Positions 1 to 10,494 are shown, counted from the first letter of the stretch. The stretch: DNA of 64,000 nucleotides from Roseibacillus sp. (GCA_051251855.1 JBPOGI010000002.1:1-64000); one strand, 5' to 3'. Notes: generated from the letters alone by a model not told the origin. A program made the numbers and translations.

Positions 1-192
1 GGTCAAGGCGAGGGTCAAGGCGAGGGTCAAGGCGAGGGTCAAGGCGAGGGTCAAGGCGAGGGTCAAGGCGAGGGTCAAGGCGAGGGTCAGGGCGAGGGTC
101 AAGGCGAAGGTCAAGGCGAAGGTCAGGGCGAAGGTCAGGGCGAGGGTCAAGGCGAGGGTCAAGGCGAGGGTCAAGGCGAGGGTCAGGGCGAG
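1..192 (+). repeat. 12-bp tandem repeat GGTCARGGCGAR x16, encoding (GQGE)n
   Basis: Directly visible; only synonymous third-position variation. Confidence 0.95.
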
Positions 193-882
193 GGTCAGGG
201 CAAAGGCAAAGGTCAGGGTCCGCAGGGTAAGTCAGAGCAAGGCGAGAAGCTCGCTAGTGACTTGAAGCTGAATGATGAGGTTCTCAAGTTTTTCGAAGGA
301 AAGACCGAAGAGGATCCTGAACGTGCACAGCGATTTGCTGAGATGCGGGAAATGCTGGAGACCGAGGCTTTGCCGGAAGACTTGAAGGAGGCTTTGGAGG
401 GGCAGGGAAATCCGAGCTCTCGACTTGAAGAGCGTCTGAAGGGTTTAGCCAAGGAGCTTCGCAAAGAAGCGGAACGAACCCGACAGGGGAAGATGGAGAA
501 GCTTGCGGAGGCTGAGTCGAAAACTCTGGTAGCCAAAGACGCCGAGGGCCAAGGCTCCGGCCAAGGTGAAGGAGAGGGTGCAGGGCAAGGTGATAAATCC
601 GGGAAAGGTTCGGGCGGAAGTAACGGAGGAGTGTCACCGCTTGAAACTGCAGTTGCCGCTTTGGAGGCAACCGGTGATGAGGAGCTCAAAAGAATTGCGA
701 TCAAGTTAACGGATACTCCTGAGGCTGGGGTGATTGAAGATTTGGACGCAGCAGCAGCTCGTATTTCGGATCTCATGGCCCAATTGATGGGGGCCGCTTC
801 AGCTGGTGGCTCGACGGAGGTTCCTGGAGCCTATCGCCGGGCTGTGGAGGACTATTATCGCGCTCTTTCCGATGATGAGTAA
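1..882 (+). CDS. 3' part of a large Gly/Gln/Glu-rich coiled-coil protein (DUF4175-like, vWA-cluster associated); 5' end outside window
   Basis: Frame 1 is open from base 1 to TAA at 880-882. It encodes (GQGE)n and ends VPGAYRRAVEDYYRALS, a C-terminal motif typical of PVC vWA/MoxR-cluster proteins. Confidence 0.7.
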   Translation, partial: GQGEGQGEGQGEGQGEGQGEGQGEGQGEGQGEGQGEGQGEGQGEGQGEGQGEGQGEGQGEGQGEGQGKGKGQGPQGKSEQGEKLASDLKLNDEVLKFFEGKTEEDPERAQRFAEMREMLETEALPEDLKEALEGQGNPSSRLEERLKGLAKELRKEAERTRQGKMEKLAEAESKTLVAKDAEGQGSGQGEGEGAGQGDKSGKGSGGSNGGVSPLETAVAALEATGDEELKRIAIKLTDTPEAGVIEDLDAAAARISDLMAQLMGAASAGGSTEVPGAYRRAVEDYYRALSDDE

Positions 883-2266
883 AGCGAGGCTTGGGATCCT
901 AAATAGGGCTCGTTGGTTTGTTCTTCCGCTGTTTTTGGCTGCGGGAGGGTCGGTGGTTGGTGAAGGGTTTTTGTTTGATGAAACTCCCCCAAGTCGTGCG
1001 AGTGATTCTCCTGCTAAGATGCTTGCGCGGGTGACTCCGGCTATTGTGAGTGTCTTTCCCGCCAGGATTTTGGAGGAGGAAGGGCTTTCGAGTGAAGAGG
1101 CGAGAGAACGCTTCTTCAATCGGGAGTCGGAATCGAAAGAAGGAGAGGAGCGAGAGGCAGGCGTTGGTTCGGGAGTTTTAATTTCTGCGGATGGGTATGT
1201 GCTGACTAATGCTCATGTGGTTGAACTTGGGAACGGGGCCTTGGCTGATGCGGTGAACGTGGAGTTGACAGATCGGCGGAGGTTTTCTGCTCAGATGGTG
1301 GGTTCGGATTCAGCGAGTGACATTGCGCTGTTGAAAATTGAGGGAGAGGGCTTTCCCTTTCTTCCTTTCGCAGACAGTGATCATCTTTTGGTCGGAGACC
1401 CAGTTTGGGCCGTTGGCAATCCCTTTAAGATTGGGCTGACGGCGACTGCGGGAATGGTTTCGGCGCTGAATCGGACGGGCTTGTCGATTACTGGCCCAGG
1501 AGGCTACGAGGCCTTTATCCAAACAGATGCTCCTATCAATCCCGGAAATAGTGGAGGGGCGCTGGTTGATCATGAGGGGCGTTTGGTGGGAATCAATACC
1601 GCGATTTGGGGAGGTTTGAGGGCTAACGTGGGCATCGGGTTCGCGGTTCCTGCGAATTTCGTGCGGCACATTGCAGGTCGCCTGCGCGAGGATGGGGAAG
1701 TGATGCGAGGTTTCTTAGGGTTGAGGGTGACGGAGGTGGAGCAAGAGTTTGCTGAGGAAGCTGGGTTGCCCGCTATTCGAGGGGCACAGGTGGAGGAGGT
1801 CCTTACTGGAGGGCCGAGTGGGCAGGCTGGGTTGAAGGAGGGAGATGTGATTCTTGCGGTGGCTGGAGTGGATGTTTCGGATTCAGGTTACTTTCGCTTG
1901 TTAGCTTCTCTTCCTAAGCCCGGAGAGGAGTTGCTATTAACTGGAGTGAGTAAGGGGAAGGATAGGGAATGGAAAGTGCAGCTCGGCGACTCCGCTGATT
2001 TTGCCACCCAAGCTACAGACGACTTTGAAGTCCCCATGTTGCCTGGGGTGCGACTGAAAGCTGTCGAGGAGGGCCTGGAGGTGGTTTCGCTTTCTGATGA
2101 AGCAGGAAAAGGGATTCGTAGTCGGCTGAAGGAGGGCATGGTTCTCGTTGAGGCCAATGGCGAGGAGATTAAGAGCTTGGAGGATGGTGATGCGCTACGG
2201 GCAGGGGTAAATCGGTTGAAGGTCTTACAGGAGGGGGAAGAGGTGACGTTGTCGCTGAAGCTTTGA
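872..2266 (+). CDS. DegP/HtrA-family serine protease with PDZ domain(s)
   Basis: LTNAHVV, SDIALLKI, IQTDAPINPGNSGGAL motifs followed by PDZ. Start placed at ATG 872/875, overlapping the upstream stop. Confidence 0.9.
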   Translation: MMSKARLGILNRARWFVLPLFLAAGGSVVGEGFLFDETPPSRASDSPAKMLARVTPAIVSVFPARILEEEGLSSEEARERFFNRESESKEGEEREAGVGSGVLISADGYVLTNAHVVELGNGALADAVNVELTDRRRFSAQMVGSDSASDIALLKIEGEGFPFLPFADSDHLLVGDPVWAVGNPFKIGLTATAGMVSALNRTGLSITGPGGYEAFIQTDAPINPGNSGGALVDHEGRLVGINTAIWGGLRANVGIGFAVPANFVRHIAGRLREDGEVMRGFLGLRVTEVEQEFAEEAGLPAIRGAQVEEVLTGGPSGQAGLKEGDVILAVAGVDVSDSGYFRLLASLPKPGEELLLTGVSKGKDREWKVQLGDSADFATQATDDFEVPMLPGVRLKAVEEGLEVVSLSDEAGKGIRSRLKEGMVLVEANGEEIKSLEDGDALRAGVNRLKVLQEGEEVTLSLKL

Positions 2267-4647
2267 TGATGAAGGAAGGCTTGCAGAGTTGGTTGGGAGA
2301 TTTTGATTGGGCACCTGTTTGGGGAGGGGGGGCAGCGATTGCTCTTGGGGTGGTGGCTGCCTTGCTAGCGCTTGTTTTTGCTTTGATGAGTCGGAATCTT
2401 CGGCCGGGTTTTGGTCGTTTCCTTGTGGGAGGATTGCGTGCTTTGTTTTGTTTGAGTCTGGTCTTCTTGCTTTGGAATCCAGTGCAGGAAAAAGAGGTGG
2501 GAAAAGAAAGCGGGACGACCGTTTTTCTTTTGGACCGCAGCGGCAGTATGGCCTTGGGCGAGGAGTCTCGCTTAGAAGAGGCTAAGGAGTGGGCTGTAGG
2601 GGTGAGTAGTGATTTGGATAAGGTAAGTGTCTTGTCGTTTGCAGAAGACTGCCGGTCCGAGGAGCTGGAGGCAATTGAAGAGGGGGGAGGCCCGACGCGT
2701 TTGGCTGCAGCTTTGAGAAGAGCGGGAGAGGAGGCAGGTAAGGATGGGCAGATTGTGGTGGTGTCAGATGGCTGTGGTCATGACCAACGGGATTTGCCGA
2801 CGGTGTTGACTGAGTTGGGAAGCCGAGGGACGAAAGTCTTTGGCAAGGTGGTGGGTGAGGATGTTCCGATTGGGAATGCTTGGCTCGAGGACGTCAGGGT
2901 CTCGCGAACGGCAAAGCCAGGTCAAAAGGTGCCCGTGCAACTCACGGTGGGAGTGGATGGATTGCAGGACCGTTGGGCGATGCTGAGATTGCGGGATGCG
3001 GCCCAAGAAATTGTTTATGAGGAAGAGGTGTCGTTAGATGCGGGTAAGTCAGTCTTTGCCTTCGAGATGGAGGCGGGACTGCGCTCGGAGACTTGGGAGC
3101 TCTCTTTGGAAGAGGTGGAGGACGAGCGAATGATGGAGGATAACCGAGTTTCCTTTTCTTTGGAGATTAAGGATCCGAAGCTGAAGGTTCTCTATATTGA
3201 GGGAACTCATGCCATGCGCTTGGTGACGAGCGAAGAGAAGAGTGGTTGGTGGAATGAGTGTGAGGTGAAGACGAGAGCTTGGGATGCGGCGGGCGATATC
3301 GATTGGGCACTCTACACTCCGCTTTCTCAGTTTGCTCGGGAAGAGAATCTCCATCGGGTGAAGGGTTTTGCGGAGGGGCGGTTCATCTTCGATCAAGCGC
3401 GTGGTTTTCCGAAAACGCGGGAGGAGCTCTTTCAATATGATGTTGTGATTTGCGGGGACATTCCGCGTGGTAATTTTTCGCCAGAGCAAATGAGTTGGTT
3501 GGTAGAGTTGGTGACGAATCGTGGAGGCGGATTTTGTATGATCGGTGGATACACCTCTTTTGATTCGGGAGAATACGATCAGACTCCTATCGAGAAGATT
3601 ACCCCAGTGGATATTCTCTATCATGGATACGGCTACAACAATGGTATGATGGCGATGATGATTCCAGAGACTGTCCGGGATCATCCAATTTGGCGTATTT
3701 CTGATGATGCGGCTCTGAACGAAACGATTTTGAAACAGCACCCTCCCTTCACGGGTTACCATGATATCCAGCGAGCAAAGCCTGGAGCGACGATTCTTGG
3801 CGTGAGGGAAGATGGCGAGGGGCCGCTCATTGCCGTGCAGAGCTATGGAAAGGGTCGTTCGATGGCTTTTTTGTCTGATACCAATGGGGGATGGGCGCGG
3901 TCTTACGTCACTTGGCAGAATCCTAGCTCCTCGGCATTTACCGAAGGGAGGCACCAAGAGCTGGGGCGCGGTGCTCAGATTCTCTACCAGGCCCAAGAGT
4001 TTGAGGGTATGGGGCCGGCGGATACTCCCCATCCCTGTGAGTATGTGGGACGATTTTGGGTCAATGTAGTGCGATGGCTGGGCGAGAAGAGTCAACGCTT
4101 AGAAGAGCGAGGCTTGCTGGGGAGAAGCGAGATGGTGGTGGTCGAGCCGGGTGGTCGCATTAAATTAAGCGCGGAAGTACTGGCAGCGATTGACCCCGCA
4201 AGTCTTCCGGATGTGCGGGTATCCGCGAGCCTCGTTGGTCTCCCGACAAGAAGTGATTTGCGATGGGATCGCGAGCGCCGCGAATTCGTGGGAGAGCTTG
4301 TCGTTCCGGAGGAATTGAAAGGGTCAGTTGTCGATGTTTTACTTTCAGCGAGAACCTCGGAAAGAGAGTTCTCGGATCAATTGCGACTGGGGCTATTGAA
4401 AATTGACCCCGAACTCCGGGACACGGCTCCGAATGAAAAATTGATGGAAGATCTGACTCGGGCGACGGGAGGTGAGCTTCTTTTCAGCTCGGTGGCGGCG
4501 GGAGGGATTCTTCGCGAGGCTCGTCGCGAGGTGGAGGCTGCGCGAGTGGCCTTTCGTCAACCGGTGTGGGTGAGGTGGGATGTGTTTCTGCTGCTCGTGG
4601 GCCTCTTGGCTGCGGAGTGGCTGTTCCGGAGGGTGTTTGCTAAGTGA
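2263..4647 (+). CDS. membrane-anchored vWA + glutamine-amidotransferase-like domain protein
   Basis: N-terminal TM helices, MIDAS-like LLDRSGSM, VVSDG, GGGFCMIGG...SF, GKGRSMAF, and C-terminal LLAAEWLFRR. Confidence 0.75.
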   Translation: MMMKEGLQSWLGDFDWAPVWGGGAAIALGVVAALLALVFALMSRNLRPGFGRFLVGGLRALFCLSLVFLLWNPVQEKEVGKESGTTVFLLDRSGSMALGEESRLEEAKEWAVGVSSDLDKVSVLSFAEDCRSEELEAIEEGGGPTRLAAALRRAGEEAGKDGQIVVVSDGCGHDQRDLPTVLTELGSRGTKVFGKVVGEDVPIGNAWLEDVRVSRTAKPGQKVPVQLTVGVDGLQDRWAMLRLRDAAQEIVYEEEVSLDAGKSVFAFEMEAGLRSETWELSLEEVEDERMMEDNRVSFSLEIKDPKLKVLYIEGTHAMRLVTSEEKSGWWNECEVKTRAWDAAGDIDWALYTPLSQFAREENLHRVKGFAEGRFIFDQARGFPKTREELFQYDVVICGDIPRGNFSPEQMSWLVELVTNRGGGFCMIGGYTSFDSGEYDQTPIEKITPVDILYHGYGYNNGMMAMMIPETVRDHPIWRISDDAALNETILKQHPPFTGYHDIQRAKPGATILGVREDGEGPLIAVQSYGKGRSMAFLSDTNGGWARSYVTWQNPSSSAFTEGRHQELGRGAQILYQAQEFEGMGPADTPHPCEYVGRFWVNVVRWLGEKSQRLEERGLLGRSEMVVVEPGGRIKLSAEVLAAIDPASLPDVRVSASLVGLPTRSDLRWDRERREFVGELVVPEELKGSVVDVLLSARTSEREFSDQLRLGLLKIDPELRDTAPNEKLMEDLTRATGGELLFSSVAAGGILREARREVEAARVAFRQPVWVRWDVFLLLVGLLAAEWLFRRVFAK

Positions 4648-4873
4648 TGGGAGAGGAGTCCTAGACCGGACCAAGAGTCTGAATTTAGAGGAGCTGATGA
4701 TGCCTAGCTAAGGTAAGAAGCTAGCATTGGTGCAGCGTGTTTTGGATGAATTCTCTCGCGTTTTTGAGGAGTTTTCGGAAGGGTAATGCCGCTGAATGGC
4801 AGTCTTAAGGAATGGTGGCTCAATATCTATCTTACTTTAATCCAGCCATTAAGTGATTGTTAGAACGGTAATC

Positions 4874-5479
4874 ATGACTTCTCTTTCCCTTCCAAAGCTT
4901 CTTTCGTTAGCGCTCAGTTTATTGGTTCTCAGCTGTGCTAGTGTTCCCTTAAATCCCGATGAGGAAAGTGGAGAGGACTCGATTGCCTCGAAGCCGATCT
5001 ACCTCGAAGAGTCTGACACTACCTTCTGGAACAATGAGCCAGGTGATGGCCCTTTTCGAGTTGAGATAGATTTGAGCGAGCAGTTGGCTTCTTTCTACAG
5101 GGGAAGTGTTCAAGTGGGGCAGACCCAAGTGGCTACCGGCAAGAGCGGTCATGCTACCCCGACGGGGTCGTTCCGGATTACCGAGAAAATCGTCGATAAG
5201 CGCTCCAACCTCTATGGCCAAATCTTCGGTTCGAATGGCGAACTGGTAAATAGTGGGGCGGATAAGAGAAAGGACAGCGTGCCCTCTGGCGGTAAGTTCG
5301 TGGGAGCTCCTATGCCTTATTGGATGCGATTGACTTCTTATGGGATTGGTATGCATGTGGGGGCGATTCCCTACCCGGGTTCACCTGCGTCCCATGGGTG
5401 CATTCGGATGCCAGAAGCCACCGCGCGGCTTGCCTTCGCAAGTTCTCGTGTCGGAACTCCTGTTAAAGTAGTGCCGTAG
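4874..5479 (+). CDS. L,D-transpeptidase (YkuD family) lipoprotein
   Basis: Lipobox LVLSC, TPTGSF, and catalytic GIGMH...ASHGCIRM. Confidence 0.9.
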   Translation: MTSLSLPKLLSLALSLLVLSCASVPLNPDEESGEDSIASKPIYLEESDTTFWNNEPGDGPFRVEIDLSEQLASFYRGSVQVGQTQVATGKSGHATPTGSFRITEKIVDKRSNLYGQIFGSNGELVNSGADKRKDSVPSGGKFVGAPMPYWMRLTSYGIGMHVGAIPYPGSPASHGCIRMPEATARLAFASSRVGTPVKVVP

Positions 5480-5497
5480 GCGGCAGTGTGTAGCTTG

Positions 5498-6961
5498 CTA
5501 CTTTTGTGCTCGGTGGCCTCCGATTTTCAGCCCTTCGGTATCCCAGATGTGTGAGTCTGAAAGAAGCGCTTCGTATTCTTTTAGCAAGAGGGTTTTCATC
5601 TCAGCTAACTTGGCTACTTCTTCCTTAGAAAGGTCGTTGGTCTCGCCTACGTCGTCGGATATTTGGAAGAGCTGATAGTCCGAGAGTATAGCGGCTTTGA
5701 CTTGTTCGGCATTTTTATGGTCGACTGCGATGTAGGTTGGGATGTTCATCTTGGCCATGATTTTCCAGTCGCCATGGCGCATCGCGACGCGGCGTTCATT
5801 CAGGGCATTGTAGAAGACCCAAAGGAGAGGTTTTTCCCGTTGCAGGGGTTTGCCTTGGAAGAGAGGGAGAATACTGGTGCCGTCTAGAGTGCGGTTTTTG
5901 GGAGCTTCCTGTGCTGCTAGTTGGAGAAAGGTGGGAAGAAAATCGAGACTGGAAACGGGAAGGGGCGATACTCTATCGCGTTCGATGACTCCGGGCCATG
6001 AGATGATGCCGGGCACGCGGCAACCGGCTTCGGTGGTCCAAAGTTTCATGCCTCGAAGGGGAGCGGCGGAGCCAAAGGAGTTTTTGGCGCGGCTGTATCG
6101 GCTAAGGGTCTCGGGCCCATTGTCGGAGGTGAAGATGATGAGGGTTTCTTCCGAGAGGTTCATTTTTGCTAGTTCCGTGGTTAGCCGGCCGACAGCGGTA
6201 TCAACATTGGCAACGTTGGCAAAGTAGAGGGCTTCTTCTTTTTGGCGGGCGAGGGGAAGGTATTGCTCCACGAGCTCAGGGGGAGAGGCGATGGGCTCGT
6301 GGGGCTCGTGAAAGGCGAGGTAGAGAAAGAAGGGTTGCTCGGCATCTGCCTTTTGTTGTTGGGTGATCCAGGAGAGAGCTTCGTTGGTGGCGATTTGGCA
6401 GGAGTAGCCTTCGAGAGGTCCCGCTTTTTCACCGTTGCGGACGTAGTTGGTTGGGTTTGCGTGTGAAGGGCTGGCGTTGTTTTGAGTTGCGAACCAATGG
6501 TCGAACCCAGCGGCGTCGGGTTGAGGTTGCGCGGGACTGTTGAATTTGCCATTGCAGTGCCATTTTCCAGAGAGGCAGGTGGCGTAGCCCGCCTTTTGAA
6601 GGAGCTGGGGAAAGGTGACTTCGCTCTCTCGCAGATAAATCCCTCGATTGCCTGGAATGAAGTCGTAGACGCCGGCTCTGTTTGGGCTCCGTCCGGTCAG
6701 TAATCCCACCCGCGCGGGCGAGCAAACGGGCGCCGCAGAATAGAAGTCGGTGAAGCGGATTCCTCCTTTAGCAAGAGCATTAAGGTGAGGCGTCTTAATG
6801 TGAGGATGTCCATAGCACTCGAGGTCGCCGTAGCCTAGGTCATCACAAACGACGAGAATGATGTTGGGTTTCTTTCCGACGAGAGAAGGAGCGGAGTCGT
6901 CCTCAGCCATCGTGGAGAAAGAAATGAGGGTGGCGGCCACAAAGAGGAGCGTGCGAATCAT
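5498..6961 (-). CDS. sulfatase (formylglycine-dependent, S1)
   Basis: PNIILVVCDDLG, CSPARVGLLTGR, GKWH, SDNG motifs; signal peptide. Confidence 0.95.
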   Translation of the reverse strand: MIRTLLFVAATLISFSTMAEDDSAPSLVGKKPNIILVVCDDLGYGDLECYGHPHIKTPHLNALAKGGIRFTDFYSAAPVCSPARVGLLTGRSPNRAGVYDFIPGNRGIYLRESEVTFPQLLQKAGYATCLSGKWHCNGKFNSPAQPQPDAAGFDHWFATQNNASPSHANPTNYVRNGEKAGPLEGYSCQIATNEALSWITQQQKADAEQPFFLYLAFHEPHEPIASPPELVEQYLPLARQKEEALYFANVANVDTAVGRLTTELAKMNLSEETLIIFTSDNGPETLSRYSRAKNSFGSAAPLRGMKLWTTEAGCRVPGIISWPGVIERDRVSPLPVSSLDFLPTFLQLAAQEAPKNRTLDGTSILPLFQGKPLQREKPLLWVFYNALNERRVAMRHGDWKIMAKMNIPTYIAVDHKNAEQVKAAILSDYQLFQISDDVGETNDLSKEEVAKLAEMKTLLLKEYEALLSDSHIWDTEGLKIGGHRAQK

Positions 6962-7227
6962 GGCCAGATCATGACCAAGCGACAGGTCTAAGGCGAAACC
7001 TTTTTGGAGACTGTGTGTGGGCGTGAATTCTGTACGGCTGAAGTTGACCCTCTAATTCTTTCTAGAAGGACGCGTCCTCACTGTGTCGGAGCTGATTTGG
7101 TGAAAACCCGGGCAGCGAAAACGTGGAGCCAGTCGAAACAGCCTGCCTTGTCAATAAGAGCAGCTCCGCAGACCGGACCATAAGCTAGCTCCGAATCTGG
7201 CGGAGAGTCACAAAGTCTTGGCTTCTG

Positions 7228-8769
7228 TTAGAAGTCCAACTTGGAGCTCGGAGGAAGGGGGGCGGAGTGAGTTCTGCGCCAGTTAGTCAGTTCTTCGAGG
7301 AGTTCTTGCGCCACTTCAGGATGGCTTGTGGCGAGGTTTTTGCTCTCTTTAAGGTCGTCTTTGAGACTGTAGAGTTCCAGTTTTCCGCCCTTGAGAAATT
7401 GAATCAGTTTCCAGTCACCTTTGCGGATGATAGAAGAGGGAGGGTTCTTGTAGGTGCTTGGAAGGTGCCAAAAAAGAGAGCGTTCTACAAAGGGCTCTTC
7501 GGTGAGCAAAGGCACGATACTTTTGCCATCTAGAGTGCCTTCGAAGTCGGTGATTCCAGCAAGCTCGAGAAAGGTTGGGAAATAGTCTAAGCCTTGAATC
7601 ATCTCCTTGGAGCGACTAGGAGCGACCGTTCCTGGCCAATTGACAAGAGCGGGTACTCGCAAGCCGCCTTCGTAGACGGAGCCCTTCGCGGCTCGCAGGT
7701 TTTTGGTCATGCTCTGGAGGCCGTTGTGTCCGTTATCGGATGTGAAAAAGATTATGGTGTTTTTACGAAGGTCGGCTTCATCTAAGTAGTCGATGATACG
7801 CTTCACGTTTTCATCCAATGACTGGACCATGGTCGCGTAGGCCGCGATTTCGGGTTTCTTTTGGCTGTCTTGTCCGGTGGCAGGGTCGGCTTTCTTTTTC
7901 TTAAAGTACTGCAACGATTCTTCACTGCGAGCCACCGAAGGACGATGGGGCGCGTAGTAGTGCAAATTGATAAAGAAGGGGGAGTCTTGATTCTCCTTCA
8001 TGAACCTGATGGCTTCGCTCGTGAGTCGGTCGGTAAGCCATTCGTCGCCTTCTTCTTCTTTGATGAATGGGTTCTCGAAGGGTGTGATGTAGCCACCCTT
8101 GGGGTCGTTGTATCCTTTTTGCAGGCCGCGAGCGGGGTCACCCCACCAAGTTCCGCCGACGTTTCTGTGAAAACCTCGCCCAGTCGGATAATACTGCGCG
8201 ATTTCGGGCGCTCGATGAGCGGGCAGCCAACTCAAGTCACCGTTCCTAGGTTGCTTGAGCGGTCTTTTGAAAGGGAGATTGTTTTCGGCTTTAGGATGAG
8301 GTCCCACGATGTGCCATTTGCCAAGGTGAATGAGGCGATAGCCTGCCCGGCTAAGAGGCTCCGAGTAAAGGGGGTGCTCTTTGGTGATGGTCCACTTCGA
8401 GAAAATGTTGTCTTGAGCTTTCCCTTTCTCCAAAACCGGAACGCAGTAAGAACCGGTGCGAAAAGACTGCTGCCCAGTCAAAAGTGCCGACCGAGAAGGG
8501 GAGCAGGTGGGATACATGTAGGCTTGCTCGAATACCAAGCTCTCCTTCGCCAAAGCATCCAGATGAGGAGTCTCGAAGTATCCACTGCCCATAAAGCCAA
8601 CATCCTGCCAGCCCAAATCATCCGCCATGATGAAGATGATGTTGGGTTGGCTCTCTCTAGCTGAAGCGATGCTAGAGCCAAAGCCAGCCAATAGGATGAA
8701 CGAAAGAATGAGGCTCAGTTCCTTGAAAGCGTGAGTCGCAGGTTTTAGAATCGTTGATTGTTGAGCCAT
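7228..8769 (-). CDS. sulfatase (formylglycine-dependent, S1)
   Basis: PNIIFIMADDLG, CSPSRSALLTG, GKWH, SDNG, YEGGLRVP. Confidence 0.95.
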   Translation of the reverse strand: MAQQSTILKPATHAFKELSLILSFILLAGFGSSIASARESQPNIIFIMADDLGWQDVGFMGSGYFETPHLDALAKESLVFEQAYMYPTCSPSRSALLTGQQSFRTGSYCVPVLEKGKAQDNIFSKWTITKEHPLYSEPLSRAGYRLIHLGKWHIVGPHPKAENNLPFKRPLKQPRNGDLSWLPAHRAPEIAQYYPTGRGFHRNVGGTWWGDPARGLQKGYNDPKGGYITPFENPFIKEEEGDEWLTDRLTSEAIRFMKENQDSPFFINLHYYAPHRPSVARSEESLQYFKKKKADPATGQDSQKKPEIAAYATMVQSLDENVKRIIDYLDEADLRKNTIIFFTSDNGHNGLQSMTKNLRAAKGSVYEGGLRVPALVNWPGTVAPSRSKEMIQGLDYFPTFLELAGITDFEGTLDGKSIVPLLTEEPFVERSLFWHLPSTYKNPPSSIIRKGDWKLIQFLKGGKLELYSLKDDLKESKNLATSHPEVAQELLEELTNWRRTHSAPLPPSSKLDF

Positions 8770-8885
8770 AGTTTACTCTTAGGAAAGCATTCCATTCATC
8801 ATTATGCAGCTCTTTAGTTTTCTCGATTTCTCCTGAGCAAAATTTTCCAAGAAAGGACAGGTTCTCTTGAGAAATTGCCCGAAAT

Positions 8886-9278
8886 TTAAGGAGTCAGTTG
8901 AATCGGTGCGAGCAAGGTAAAGGGATTGTGGGGGATGTTTCTCAGGATCGCAAAGAGGAGCAAAATACTGAGAATGACCCACGGGCCCCAGCGGGGAAGT
9001 TGCCAGTTGGGAAGCAGGCGGTTGCGACACCAAGCGATGAGTGCATAGGCGCAGGTAAAGATGAGGATCGGTAGCAGGATGACACCGAGAACATTCATCC
9101 GTAGTGCTTCGAGAAAGCGGCCGTTGGCTAAGAGATAAGTGGCCCGCGTCATGCCGCAGCCCACGCAGTCAAGCCCGGTGGTTTTCTTTAGTAAGCAGCC
9201 GGGATAAAGGGTGCCATGCCCTGGAGGATGCTGGCTAAGATAAAGAAAGGCACCTCCGCCGATGGCGAAGACTGCCAA
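8886..9278 (-). CDS. DUF2752 membrane protein
   Basis: C-LL...TGLDCVGCGMTRA motif with TM helices; adjacent to a CD225 gene, a common pairing. Start may lie slightly further upstream. Confidence 0.8.
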   Translation of the reverse strand: MAVFAIGGGAFLYLSQHPPGHGTLYPGCLLKKTTGLDCVGCGMTRATYLLANGRFLEALRMNVLGVILLPILIFTCAYALIAWCRNRLLPNWQLPRWGPWVILSILLLFAILRNIPHNPFTLLAPIQLTP

Positions 9279-9324
9279 GGTGAACAGCAGGCGATAGGGT
9301 TTCAGCAGGCGAGAGAGTTATTGT

Positions 9325-9813
9325 TTAGAGCTCGCCAGCAACACCAAGAACCACGAAGAAAATCACGTAGAGAACAACCAGTAACAGTGTGAGACCGGCA
9401 GAGAGATTGGTCCAGAGTTTCGCCTTCTTTGACGCCTCGACGGCCCCATTGATGTCTCCTTGTGCAACGAGAGTATTGACTTTGGAGGCAAAGATGATTC
9501 CAACGATTCCCAGCGGCCAGCAGCAAAGGATGGTCGCCGCAATCGATTGCCAGAGATAATTGGGAACTGGCTCTCCCAGAGGGAGGTTGTTAGCCAAAGT
9601 AGTTGCTGTGGGAGGAGTGTAAGGGGAGTCCGGTTGAGCCAAACTGCCTTGAACTTGGAGTTCGGTGACAGTGGAAAATGCTGTCCACTCTGCCATCCCT
9701 TCTCTCCAAACAAGAGAAGAGGCTGGTAATTCACCCCCTTGAACTTTCGCAGTAAGCTCTTCCTTTGAGATAGGGCCCTTCTGTTCTCCGTTTAAGCTAT
9801 AAAACCAGTTCAC
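9325..9813 (-). CDS. GYF_2 (DUF4339) + CD225/dispanin membrane protein
   Basis: WFY...QKGP...LVWREGMAEW, then PNYLWQSI..TILCCWPLGIVGII...SKKAK. Confidence 0.9.
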   Translation of the reverse strand: MNWFYSLNGEQKGPISKEELTAKVQGGELPASSLVWREGMAEWTAFSTVTELQVQGSLAQPDSPYTPPTATTLANNLPLGEPVPNYLWQSIAATILCCWPLGIVGIIFASKVNTLVAQGDINGAVEASKKAKLWTNLSAGLTLLLVVLYVIFFVVLGVAGEL

Positions 9814-9909
9814 GGCTTAGGTTATAGGCTCTTGGGTGAGGGATGTAAAGAGGGGGGGAGAGGAGAGCTGGTGGGATATTTTCGAATCTCGGAAGCCCAA
9901 CGAGTATGT

Positions 9910-10490
9910 TTACTCGGGCGCAGTTTTGCCAATTTGGCGTAGGCTGTGGAGTCGCTCTTGCTTGGGAATAGTCTTCATCCTGCGCAGTGAGTGGGCACTG
10001 GATATTCTCTCAGGGTGAAAATGGCCACGAGATTCTTGAAAGACCTCTTCGATGAAAGTCTTAGAATCAATGGCAGCGCCATCAACGAAGTAGCGCACTC
10101 GGCAGCGGAGGTAATCCGCCTTCTCAAGTCGCCCTTCTTTTTTCAAAACCTCGAGAGCTTTTTGACGGGGGATTCGTCTACGAAAAATCTGGGCCTGTCC
10201 TCCGGCTTCTTCGCGAGTAAGTTCAGCCTTCTGACGCGCTTCGTTCTCCGGAATTCCTATGAGAAAACGACGCCAACGCAGCGCCGCTTTGGGGCCTTTT
10301 TCGCCCTATTATCTCCAGCCACTGCCTCCTCATGAGAGAACCAACGATAAACCTTCGGATTCTCACAAATCCCAGTCCGCACCGGATGGAGAACAGTGCA
10401 GACCGCCATCGCCTCCAGAGCCGGCCCCTTGCCCTCAATCAGAACACTCTTTAATAGATTTTCCCTCAGAATGCCGCGACGGTTATTGCA
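9910..10490 (-). pseudogene. degraded C-terminal part of a REP-associated tyrosine (Y1/RAYT-like) transposase
   Basis: NRRGILRENLLKSVLIEG..ALEAMAVCTVLHPVRTG..ENPKVYRW is a decayed form of RGTLWEERFKSVLVE...YIDLNPVRAG..DP..YRW. A second piece reads LRCRVRYFVDGAAI.SKTFIEEVF. It is broken into fragments, with the HUH N-terminus absent and the catalytic Tyr lost. Confidence 0.7.
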
Positions 10491-10494
10491 CCTA

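Noticed and set aside
4663..7180. AGACCGGACCA present in two intergenic regions (4663 and 7170)
   Set aside because: Only 11 bp with dissimilar flanks; could be chance and does not form a REP family.
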